From Candidatus Latescibacterota bacterium (GTDB lineage Bacteria; Latescibacterota; UBA2968), in assembly GCA_965198115.1 (NCBI GenBank), contig OZ240241.1, positions 3,200,001-3,264,000 of the forward strand: a stretch of DNA of 64,000 nt, in the 5' to 3' direction. The notes beneath the pieces were generated by a model. The model was given only the letters and a program-made list of their open reading frames with translations, searched no databases and was not told the origin of the DNA. This document shows, one piece after another, positions 1-8,875 of the stretch. The translations under genes and the position numbers were made by a program. Position 1 is the stretch's first letter; every line of letters starts with the position of its first letter.

Positions 1-590
1 CGACTCAGCGCTTCTCCGAATGTGCTGGCATCTAAGTGCTCGAATGTCACCGACGCGAGCTCACACCCTTTCGGCGATGTCTCCGCGGGATGAGCAGATT
101 CCGGGCTCCATTCGATGAAAAACGGCAGCGGCTCCACCTCTGCCTCTCCGAAATTGTTCCCGACTCTGAGCGTCTTCCAAGCCAGGTTGATCCCATCGAG
201 CGTCGTACGGGCGCCGTCTCTGAACAGGATCTGATCGAAACCGGCGGCCCGTGCGTCCCGCTCAACCGCCAGAAGGTCAGGCGTCCGCACCGCCCACGTG
301 ACGAGACGTGGCTTTTCGAGCGATCTCAGATCGATCGGGAAGTTCAAATTCGCCTGAGCGGGGTCCGGGGCGATGACCTCCAGATACTGCCGATTGCCCA
401 GAGACAACAGTGCGTTTCGCGTGCCGACACCCGGATGCACGCCGCCGACCTGGGCGCGCAAACCCACACGCTCCTCGAGCCAGGCGATCCCACAATCGAG
501 ATCGGACGTGCCGAGAAGCACGTGGTCGACCACGTGACAAGCTTCGTTGGGGGATGTCCGATCCAGAACCAATTCCTTAGAACTGCTCAC
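1..590 (-). CDS. VOC/glyoxalase-like (Glyoxalase_3) family protein, runs off the window start
   Basis: Not in the ORF track. Manual minus-strand translation from GTG 590 gives ...VVDHVLLGTSDLDCG...GGVHPGVGTRNALLSLGNRQYLEVIAPDP...LPFFIEW, typical motifs of the family; no stop before base 1. Confidence 0.85.
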   Translation of the reverse strand, partial: MSSSKELVLDRTSPNEACHVVDHVLLGTSDLDCGIAWLEERVGLRAQVGGVHPGVGTRNALLSLGNRQYLEVIAPDPAQANLNFPIDLRSLEKPRLVTWAVRTPDLLAVERDARAAGFDQILFRDGARTTLDGINLAWKTLRVGNNFGEAEVEPLPFFIEWSPESAHPAETSPKGCELASVTFEHLDASTFGEALS

Positions 591-714
591 ACAAGTGGTT
601 TGTGACACGTGTCCGATTCGCGGGTTCTCTTATAATATGAGGAGCCCCTGCTGCCTCCGAGCGTTAAAGAAGGCGAACCCGCTCATCCACATCGCCCTGT
701 TCCAGGAGCCTCTC

Positions 715-1230
715 GTGCGAACCGATCGATTCCTCACGCTTTTGGTCTTCCTACTCGCCTCATCGGCCGAGTCGGCGGACATCGCCCCCGACTTCAACTT
801 GAAAACACCGGAGGGCAAAAGGCTTCACCTGCAAGCCATGTTGGAGGAAGGGCCCGTTCTCCTCGACTTTTGGGCGACCTGGTGTAAACCCTGCCTCAAA
901 GGCATGCCCAAGATCCAGTCCATCTACGAGACGTATCGTGAACGGGGCCTTGCAGTCGTGGGGGTGAACGAAGACGGCCCACGCGGGCAGGCCAAGGTAA
1001 AGCCTTTCGTCCGCGCACGGAAAATCACCTTTCCCATTGCGCTCGATTCCGACGGCCGGCTGATGAAGCGCATTCGTGCCGTGACCCTGCCCACGACCAT
1101 CCTGATCGATCGCGACGGAGAAATCGTTCTGCGTCAGAGTGGCTACTCACCCGAAGGCGAACAGGCTCTGATCGACGCCATCGAATCTCTGTTGACACCG
1201 ACCCGAGACGGGGAATCAGCCGAATCGTGA
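715..1230 (+). CDS. TlpA/ResA-like thiol-disulfide oxidoreductase, exported
   Basis: LLDFWATWCKPC motif and LPTT cis-Pro loop; signal peptide after GTG 715 with AGGAG RBS at 704-708. Confidence 0.9.
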   Translation: MRTDRFLTLLVFLLASSAESADIAPDFNLKTPEGKRLHLQAMLEEGPVLLDFWATWCKPCLKGMPKIQSIYETYRERGLAVVGVNEDGPRGQAKVKPFVRARKITFPIALDSDGRLMKRIRAVTLPTTILIDRDGEIVLRQSGYSPEGEQALIDAIESLLTPTRDGESAES

Positions 1231-2795
1231 GCTGCGCGTCTCATCATCCCCGACTGTTCTACGCCGTGCTTCTCCTGCTTTCTCTCGGGCCTGGCAACGG
1301 CTCAGCTCAGCTTTCCTTCACCAGTCTGACCGAAACGCAGCGAGGCCGGGTCCCCAACGAAGACGCTGAGGCCTATTCCAATTTCTACGAGCAGCTCAAC
1401 GTCGACTACATAACCAACCGGATTCAGGCCGGAGGACGGCTAGAAGTTTACCGCGCCACCGCAAGCGATCGAAGTTTGACCTTCCTGAGCCAGCGATATC
1501 TCTCCTGGTCGACCGGGCCCGCCTACCTGACAGCCGGCAATTTCCAGGGCATCCTCGGAAGAGGACTCACGCTCCGCGCATTCGAGCTCCCGGGCGTCAT
1601 CCTCGAGAACACCCTGTTTCGGCGTCGACACACGAGTACGTCCGATATGGAAGGTGTTTTCGGATCCTGGACGCACGACCGTTTTGAAATCAAGGCTCTC
1701 TCGGGTCGACCGGTAGCGGGCGACATTCCCCCCGGTTTCCCCGACACCCTTAACACGTTCGATCGCCTCGTCGGTCTCGGCGGCGATCGTCGGCAGGACT
1801 GGGTCACGGGCGGGGAAGTCAGTTTCGGCCTCCGCAACTTCCGAGTGGGAGCAACTGCGATTCATCTACGTCCCAAGCGCAGCGACCGCAGCCACGCGTG
1901 GTCGTGGCTCGCCGGTCTCGATCTGACGCCCACCCTCTCCCGGCTCGGAATACGCGACGCCTACGGTGAACTCTATGTAGAAATCGCCAGACGCGAGGGG
2001 ACGACCCCGGGGGGACACGGTCGCTACGTCTCCTCGGATTTTGGCGTGGGATCCTTCGGACTGAGCATCGAGTACAAGGATTATGACAACTTCAATCTCC
2101 TCGCCAACGATCCTCCCCAGCTCGTCCGGGAGCACTCTGCCTTCCTGCTGAACAGAACGACGCATGTCCTTGAAACTTTCAACGAGAAAGGCTACCAGAT
2201 CGAAGCCATCTATCCGGTCCCCGGACTCGGCACTGTGACGGGCAACGTGAGCTACGGAAAGAATGTGCTGGCGCCGACTGTCTCGACCGTGTTCGACGAA
2301 CGGTTCGTCTCACTTGACCTCGATGTCTTGCCGCCCACCCACACGGCTTCCGTCTTTTTCGATTGGGGAAAGGACGAGTTGGACGGGCGCCGTGCCCGGA
2401 GGACGGGTGGCATCCTCCTTGGGACGACGGCTGTGACCGAGCAGACCTTCGAGCTCGATCTGCAGCTTCAGCGAGGGAAGCTTACATTGAGTGAGGAACC
2501 TTCCTACTGGGACACGTATGGCGCGCTCTCGTGGCAGTCGTCCCGCGGTTTTGGTATTGCCCTCGTCGCGGATCGATCGACCGATCCTCTGGAAACGGAC
2601 ATTCCAACGACGTTCGATATCGCGGAGACCGAACCGGTCGTCTTCTGGTCGGTTAACGTGAGTGGACGGTTCGGCCCACACGAGGGATTGCTCTTCATCG
2701 GCGAAAGACGAGGCGGAACCGCGTGCACGTCCGGGACGTGTTATGAAGTGCTGGCGTTCAGAGGAGCGGAATTCCGGCTGACGACAAGATTCTAA
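1227..2795 (+). CDS. DUF6029-like outer-membrane beta-barrel protein
   Basis: Signal peptide, GNFQGILGRGLTLR segment, C-terminal RRGGTACTSGTCYEV...LTTRF ending in Phe; overlaps the TlpA stop (GTGA). Confidence 0.7.
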   Translation: MSCASHHPRLFYAVLLLLSLGPGNGSAQLSFTSLTETQRGRVPNEDAEAYSNFYEQLNVDYITNRIQAGGRLEVYRATASDRSLTFLSQRYLSWSTGPAYLTAGNFQGILGRGLTLRAFELPGVILENTLFRRRHTSTSDMEGVFGSWTHDRFEIKALSGRPVAGDIPPGFPDTLNTFDRLVGLGGDRRQDWVTGGEVSFGLRNFRVGATAIHLRPKRSDRSHAWSWLAGLDLTPTLSRLGIRDAYGELYVEIARREGTTPGGHGRYVSSDFGVGSFGLSIEYKDYDNFNLLANDPPQLVREHSAFLLNRTTHVLETFNEKGYQIEAIYPVPGLGTVTGNVSYGKNVLAPTVSTVFDERFVSLDLDVLPPTHTASVFFDWGKDELDGRRARRTGGILLGTTAVTEQTFELDLQLQRGKLTLSEEPSYWDTYGALSWQSSRGFGIALVADRSTDPLETDIPTTFDIAETEPVVFWSVNVSGRFGPHEGLLFIGERRGGTACTSGTCYEVLAFRGAEFRLTTRF

Positions 2796-2985
2796 GGCGA
2801 TTCGCCCGATATCCGCAGTCATCCAACGTGTCAAGGCCAATCACACCGATTCCAGATTTTAGACTTTTGTGATTCTTTCTACGTTGGAATCGCCCATATT
2901 TTAGGGTCGGAAAGTCCGGAAACAGAAAAGGGCCGTAGATAACTGGCTGTTTACCATCCATTTAGCAATTGTCGAGAAAATCGAA

Positions 2986-4269
2986 ATGCGAATCATCACG
3001 ATCGCTCTCGCCGGATGCCTGATTTTGGGTCTCTCTTCGACGGCCCAGTCTCAGACCCGGCCCGGCAACCCGATTCACGACTTTACTCTGCAGGATCTGA
3101 ACGGGAACAGCCACCGCCCGAATCAATACAGCGGTCAGGTCCTTCTCCTCTTCCTCCTCGGCCATAACTGAGGCATTTGTAGAGCGGCGGCGCCGCTCGT
3201 GCAACGTGAAGTCGTCGATGTGCACCGGAAAAAACCCGTGCAGATGCTGGGCGTCGGGGAATGGCTCGCAGTCGCAGCTGTCCCTGTTCCGTTCAGTGAC
3301 GGGGGTCGACTTCCCGCTGCTGCAGAGAGCGGGAACGGGCGGAATCCCCTGGGGTCTGGGCGTTGAGAACATCGTCGTGGTCAACCAGGAAGGAACCATC
3401 CACGACATCTTCGACATCTCGGATCGTCGCCGGCTCAACGAGGCGGTCGACTTCCTGCTCACACCCGTGCCTGCGCCGGTATCCCGGCTTAACCGATCCT
3501 CGCTCGACTTCGGCTCAACCGGAATCGTCGGAACCGACATCAGCATCATCCTCACGGTCGAAAACACCGGAGACGCGCTCCTCGAAGTCTCGAGCATCAC
3601 GTCGGACCACTCCGACATACGGTTCGATCAGAGCACGTTTACGGTCAACCCCGGGAGCCGCGAAGACGTCACCGTCACCCTCTCCCCGGCGGATGCAGGC
3701 TCGATCTCCGGTCGCGTCACGGTCACCACAAACGACCGCACCTGGACGCTACTCGTCGACCGGATCACCATCGAACGGCCGCTGCCGATGATCGCCCTAC
3801 CGGCATCTATGCTCGACTTCGGTACGATCGAGGTTGGACGCGCCGATTCCCGGGGGCTGGAGATTCGGAACGATGGACCGGGTCCGCTGAACGTGACGGA
3901 TGTGCGGACGGACATTCCGGGCATCACATTCTCCGCCCGTGTCTTCACCGTAGCTGCAGGTGAGGTTTCCACGATCACCATCCTCGTGGACGCCCAAACC
4001 GAGGGCCTGATCAGCGGCATCGTCGAGATCATCAGCAACGACCCCGATATGATGAGCTCGACGTCACGGTCTCCGCTACGGCAGAGATCGACGTCGCAGA
4101 TGCACGCGCAGACTTCGATGGCAGCGGCACGATCGACTTTACCGACTTCCTAGGCTTCGCGGTCGCCTTCGGTACATCCGATTCGGCCTACGACATCAAC
4201 GAGAATGGCCAGGTCGACTTCGCAGACTTTCTGACCTCTGCACAGAATTTCGGGAGAGTGGTAAACTAA
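2986..4269 (+). CDS. Secreted selenocysteine (UxxC) redoxin + two Ig-like (choice-of-anchor D-like) domains + EF-hand/dockerin-like C-terminus; two apparent frameshifts
   Basis: DFTLQDLNG...VLLLFLLGHN-TGA(3169-3171)-GICRAAAPLVQ continues in frame; frame changes near 3257 and 4050; C-terminus ADFDGSGTIDFTDFLGFAVAFG...DINENGQVDFADFL ends at TAA 4267-4269. Confidence 0.8.
3177..3205 (+). promoter_or_regulatory. Bacterial SECIS-like hairpin
   Basis: TTGTA-GAGCGGC-GGC-GCCGCTC-G-TGCAA stem-loop just 3' of UGA 3169, with G in the apical loop. Confidence 0.6.
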
Positions 4270-4326
4270 GGGTTTGCCACGAAATAAGTGCTGCACTTTT
4301 CAAGGTAATGATCTTACGCTCGGAGT

Positions 4327-5535
4327 GTGGACGTCGAAACTCTCCGAACGAAGTATGAAGCCTTGGCTCCGGTGCTGACGGAACGCACGCGTCGTCTGTG
4401 GGCCGCCACGGAAGCCGAAGCGTTGGGTCACGGTGGGATCGCGATTGTGGCTCTGGCGACAGGAATGTCCAGAGAGCGGATCTTTCGTGGCATTCAGGAG
4501 TTGAGGTCGGACGAACCTTTGGACCCGGCTCGCATCCGGCGTCCAGGCGGCGGTCGTAAGCGGAAGGCCGACACGGACCCGACGCTGTGGCAGGACCTGA
4601 ATGATCTGGTCGAGCCAACGACTGCGGGGTCGCCTGACGACAATCCTCTGAGATGGACATCGAAGAGCACTCGCAAACTGGCCGCCGAGTTGCAAGCGAT
4701 GGGGCATTCGGTGAGCCCCAGGATCGTTGCCAATCTCCTGCACGAACACGATTACACGCTGCAGGCGAATCGGAAGACAAGGGAGGGATCTGCACACCCG
4801 GATCGGGACGCTCAGTTCGTTTACCTCGATGATCGGATTAGCCAGCAGCAGCAGCAGGGCCTTCCCGTTATCTCGGTGGACACCAAGAAGAAAGAGTTGA
4901 TCGGCGACTTCAAGAATCCTGGCCGAGAATGGCGACCCAAGGGAGACCCGGAGCGTGTGAAGGTACACGATTTCATAGTGCCTGCTCAGGGCAAGGCGAT
5001 CCCTTATGGAGTGTATGATCTGAGCCGTGATGAAGGCTGGGTAAGTGTCGGTATCGATCACGACACGGCCAGCTTCGCCGTGAATGCGATCCGAAGTTGG
5101 TGGAAGAACATGGGACGGCCCGCCTACGGCACTTCGACGCATCTGCTAATCACGGCGGACGCAGGCGGCAGCAACGGCGCCAAGACGCGGCTGTGGAAGT
5201 GGGAGCTGCAGCGCTTTGCGAATCGCACTGGCCTGACGATCACCGTATGCCACTACCCTCCTGGCACTAGTAAGTGGAACAAGATCGAACATCGCCTGTT
5301 CTCCTTCATCGCTATGAACTGGCAAGGCAAGCCCCTGGTCAGCCTGGCTGCAACCGTGAATCTCATTGCCGGAACGACCACTCAAGCCGGTCTCCGAGTA
5401 CGCTCCGAGATCGACAAGCGACCCTACCCTAACGGGGTCAAGGTGACCGATGAACAGATGACCCAAATCGATCTCACTCCGCACGATTTCCACGGCGACT
5501 GGAACTACACGATCCGGCCAATGGCTCAACATTGA
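4327..5535 (+). CDS. ISAzo13-family DDE transposase
   Basis: 402 aa; ISVDTKKKE, ITADAGGSNG, PPGTSKWNKIEHRLF motifs. Confidence 0.95.
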   Translation: MDVETLRTKYEALAPVLTERTRRLWAATEAEALGHGGIAIVALATGMSRERIFRGIQELRSDEPLDPARIRRPGGGRKRKADTDPTLWQDLNDLVEPTTAGSPDDNPLRWTSKSTRKLAAELQAMGHSVSPRIVANLLHEHDYTLQANRKTREGSAHPDRDAQFVYLDDRISQQQQQGLPVISVDTKKKELIGDFKNPGREWRPKGDPERVKVHDFIVPAQGKAIPYGVYDLSRDEGWVSVGIDHDTASFAVNAIRSWWKNMGRPAYGTSTHLLITADAGGSNGAKTRLWKWELQRFANRTGLTITVCHYPPGTSKWNKIEHRLFSFIAMNWQGKPLVSLAATVNLIAGTTTQAGLRVRSEIDKRPYPNGVKVTDEQMTQIDLTPHDFHGDWNYTIRPMAQH

Positions 5536-5553
5536 GATCGACCGTTTATTTAT

Positions 5554-6973
5554 GGCTATATCCGGATCTCTCAACGAGATGAAGTGGGTGAAGGTGCCGT
5601 GGTTCCTGGCATGGGGGCGCGGTTAGCGTGTGCGGAACCTCTTCGGAATCTGCTCAGGGATGTTTATGTCTCCGACGGTAAGGAAGATCATATCGTTGAA
5701 TGCGTCGAGTGTGCGGAATCCGCTGGCTCGGTTCTTGACGATTTGGACGATTCGGTTGAGGCCTTCGGCGATGGCGTTGGTAAGACGCGTGTTCACGAAT
5801 GCGAGGACGCCGAAGAAGTGCTGTCGCAGGGTCCTGACGAACTTTCGCAGGGGTTCAAGTCGACTTCTGAGTGCGGACGTCGTCCAGCATTTCAGGAAGC
5901 GTTCGGCAGCCCAGGGCGCTTTGTATTCCCAGAACTGCTCGAACTCGTCCTTGAGTCTCCAGGCTCTATAGATTCGGTAGTTCGCCTTCTCCAGTGCTTT
6001 GAGTGTCCGAGTATCCCCTCTGGAGCGTGTCGCTGAGTGCCGGTAGAGGAGCCATCGGAGGCCCTTCATGGCTTTGCGCTCATCCGGGGCAGCTTTACGC
6101 CACTGGTCCTTACGGACCTCGTCAACGGCGGCATTGAGAGCCTTGACGATGTGAAAGCGATCGAGGACCAGCTTGGCATTCGGACAGTGTTCCTGGATGG
6201 CTCCGATGTAAGCTTCGCTCATGTCGCAGCAGGCCCACTCGATCTTGGATCTCCGGTAGGGACTGAGAGCCTCTGTGAAGAACCGATCGATCGTTTTACG
6301 CGCCCTGCCGCGGCCAACCCACACCACGCAGGAGCGGTCCAGATCGTAAACGAGCGTGGCGTACCTGTGACGCTTGGCGTAGGAGATCTCGTCGATCCCG
6401 ATGGTTTTGAGCCCTCGGATACGATGACCTTCACGAAGCCGCGTGATGGATCGGTGACGGAGATCCGACAGCGTCGAGGCAGAGATGCGCAGTAACTCGG
6501 ACGCCGCCTTCTGCGTCATGGTCTGGCAGTAGCGCAGCATGGCATACTCGAAGCGATACGTCACCCGAGAGAACCGCTCCGCCCACGGAATCTCCTCGAC
6601 CACACGACCGTGGGTAGGACACCGAATCTCCCGAGGATGGTAGAGAAGCCAGACCCTCCACCCGCACACCGGAATGTCACGCCACCGACGCGGATGGGGC
6701 ATTGTGCGGACGATTTTACCTCGACGGCCGCACTCCGGACAACAACAACCATTCTTATGTGGCTTTACGGCGATGACGAAGCAGCTTCTCCCCTCAAACT
6801 ACCAGCTGACAACACGGAACCCCTTGAATCTCAGCAGTTTCGATAGTAATCTGCTCCCGGTCATAGGTCGCACCCCCTTCGCTTTGATTGTCCTACACAC
6901 ACAACCAAGCGTAGGGAACGATCTATGACCTTGTCATTCTATAGTTTCACCGTTGAGAAACCCGGATAGAGCC
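5554..6973 (-). mobile_element. ISL3-family IS copy 1 (1420 bp)
   Basis: Terminal IRs GGCTATATCCGGATCTCTCAACG / CGTTGAGAAACCCGGATAGAGCC; 8-bp TSD TTATTTAT (5546-5553, 6974-6981). Confidence 0.95.
5623..6864 (-). pseudogene. ISL3 transposase with early nonsense codon
   Basis: TGG in copy 2 is TAG here (6799-6801); remainder has IGIDE, CCDMS, LDRFH, AEGLN motifs. Confidence 0.85.
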
Positions 6974-7029
6974 TTATTTATTCCGAACCCTAAGAGCCGT
7001 TCGCGAATACTCAAGAGAGCTTGAGCGGC

Positions 7030-7144
7030 GTCAGTTCGAGCCCCTCGACTTCGCTCGGGTCAGGCTCCGTTGAGAACACGTCCTTTGCGAAGAGAGACTT
7101 CTCGACGGAGTTTATCCTGAGCCTGACGAAGGGCTCGAAGTGAC
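7030..7144. repeat. REP-like inverted repeat pair
   Basis: GTCAGTTCGAGCCCCTCGACTTCGCTCGGGTCAGGCTCCGTTGAGAA pairs imperfectly with TTCTCGACGGAGTTTATCCTGAGCCTGACGAAGGGCTCGAAGTGAC; related unit at 7692-7742. Confidence 0.75.
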
Positions 7145-7163
7145 CTGCTCTGTTTGTCCCAAT

Positions 7164-7202
7164 AAAAGAAACCCCGGAGGATCTGTTATGCCCCCGGGGT
7201 TC
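7164..7202 (-). terminator. Intrinsic terminator after the NIPSNAP gene
   Basis: AACCCCGG...CCGGGGTT stem followed by a T-tract on the minus strand. Confidence 0.6.
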
Positions 7203-7239
7203 CGTGTTTCTACGAGACGAATCGCAATTCCACTTAACG

Positions 7240-7560
7240 TCATTGAATGACGGATCGTGAGGTCGGCTCCATTCGGGTGACGACAATCCGTTCGCGATCC
7301 ATAATCTCTCCCACGCGTGGACTCATATCGTCCGTCCAATGCGGGTCCTCGTAGACGGCTTTGTAGAGCCGCTCTCGCTCTTCTTCGCTCTCGAATCTTC
7401 GGATCCAAATGTAGAGATCCTCCTCTTCTTCCCCCGTAAAACTCCCGACAACCACCATCCCCTTCGAAACCTGGAAAGGAATGATCTCCCCTTCCATGTA
7501 CTCCACCCACTCGTCCATCCGCCCATCCTTGATCCGATACTGCCTCAACTCGAAAAACAC
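7240..7560 (-). CDS. NIPSNAP family protein
   Basis: MFFELRQYRIKDG...YIWIRRFESEEERE pattern, 106 aa. Confidence 0.9.
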   Translation of the reverse strand: MFFELRQYRIKDGRMDEWVEYMEGEIIPFQVSKGMVVVGSFTGEEEEDLYIWIRRFESEEERERLYKAVYEDPHWTDDMSPRVGEIMDRERIVVTRMEPTSRSVIQ

Positions 7561-7691
7561 ACTATACCCCTTTCTTCAAGTACCTGCAGCAACCAACTCA
7601 ATCTGCGATGGATCGGGTTCCGCCCGACTCCGAATGAAACCCGTCTCTCACTGTTCCTCCTAACTCTCAGTCCTTCTTCGCGTTGGTGTCG

Positions 7692-7742
7692 GAGCCTGCC
7701 CTGAGCCCCTCGACTTCGCTCGGGATAAACTCCGTCGAAGGG
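7692..7742. repeat. REP-like palindromic unit
   Basis: CTGAGCCCCTCGACTTCGCTCGGGATAAACTCCGTCGAAGGG shares its core with 7030-7144. Confidence 0.7.
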
Positions 7743-7746
7743 TGGT

Positions 7747-8796
7747 TCAGCCTTTCTGACCATAAATCCCATCTACGATCGCTTGATCCGTCAACATTTC
7801 GTCGAGGGTGATGAGTGGCTCGCACTTGCCCAGACAGCAATCGATGAAGTGATGGACCTCCTTTGTCGTACGTAACCTCGAATCGTCCTGGAAACCCTTC
7901 GGGACCGCGCCCTCGGTCCGGTCGACGTAGTCTCCATCCTCCCAGGACATCAGTCTGAACGGCTCGAGCGACGCGTAGCCCGCTGAGCCCCAGACGTCCA
8001 CTCCCTTCTTGTTCATCAAGTCGGGCGCCAGCCACATCCCTTCCACCGTCATCGATTGACCAGACGTGAACATCACGTGCCCGCTTACCACGTCCTCGGT
8101 GTCGTAGGTGTCACGTACCTCCTCCAGCTTATCGGGATACGACGGTAGATCGTGGAAACGCGACCCCACGCTTCCCACGACGCTTGCCACCTCGGGCCCG
8201 CCCAGAAACCAGACCGCAAGGTCGATCACGTGGACCGCCGTGCTCGCAAGCGAGCCGCCGCCCGATTGAGCCTTGATGTAGTGCGGACCCCACGTCGGCA
8301 CGCTCATCTCGTGCGACCAGGCGCGCGCAAACATCGGCTGTCCAATCCCACCTTCAGCGATAAACGCACGCATCGCGGTCGCATCCTGTCTGAACCGGAA
8401 GTTGTAGCCAACCATAAAGTGTCGGCCAGCGAGACGGGCAGCTTCGATCATCCGCTCCGCGCCGTCCAAAGAGAACGCCATCGGTTTAGCCGCCAACACG
8501 TGCGATCCCCTCTCGAGTGCGGCCACCGTCACATCCGGACGAATGTCGGCCATCGTCCCAACCATCACGATGTCGAGCACCTCCGCATCGAGCATCTTGC
8601 GATAGTCATTGTAGACCGCCGGACGATCGCCTTCGCTGACACCTTCGTAATGCTCGGCGAACACAGACTCGATGCTGGCTGAACGGACATCGCATAAAGC
8701 GACGACGTCAGCCGCATCGGAAAGGATATTGCGCACGTAGGCGTTCTTGCCAAACGACCCGCATCCGACCACGCCAACACTCAAACGTGTAGCCAT
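7747..8796 (-). CDS. Gfo/Idh/MocA family oxidoreductase
   Basis: VGVVGCGSFG Rossmann motif, HVLAAKPM, VGYNFRF, GGGSLASTAVHVID. Confidence 0.9.
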   Translation of the reverse strand: MATRLSVGVVGCGSFGKNAYVRNILSDAADVVALCDVRSASIESVFAEHYEGVSEGDRPAVYNDYRKMLDAEVLDIVMVGTMADIRPDVTVAALERGSHVLAAKPMAFSLDGAERMIEAARLAGRHFMVGYNFRFRQDATAMRAFIAEGGIGQPMFARAWSHEMSVPTWGPHYIKAQSGGGSLASTAVHVIDLAVWFLGGPEVASVVGSVGSRFHDLPSYPDKLEEVRDTYDTEDVVSGHVMFTSGQSMTVEGMWLAPDLMNKKGVDVWGSAGYASLEPFRLMSWEDGDYVDRTEGAVPKGFQDDSRLRTTKEVHHFIDCCLGKCEPLITLDEMLTDQAIVDGIYGQKG

Positions 8797-8875
8797 CGTT
8801 ACGATTTACCTCCGTAATGTCGAAGCTCGTACCGCAGGTCTCGCGGATCGCTTGCGTGCAGCGAGCCTGTTTCCT

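Larger units (their letters stand above)
4270..6990 (+). mobile_element. ISAzo13-family IS copy 1, with ISL3 nested in its right end
   Basis: Ends GGGTTTGCCACGAAATAAG...TTATTCCGAACCC, TAA on both sides; near-identical to 55102-56394 and 59990-61280. Confidence 0.95.

Noticed and set aside
36-605. Plus-strand 189-aa ORF
   Set aside because: Antisense shadow of the minus-strand VOC-family gene
7030-7742. Repeats as a CRISPR array or tRNA
   Set aside because: No regular repeat-spacer periodicity, no cas genes, no cloverleaf; no CRISPR, rRNA or tRNA recognised anywhere in the window
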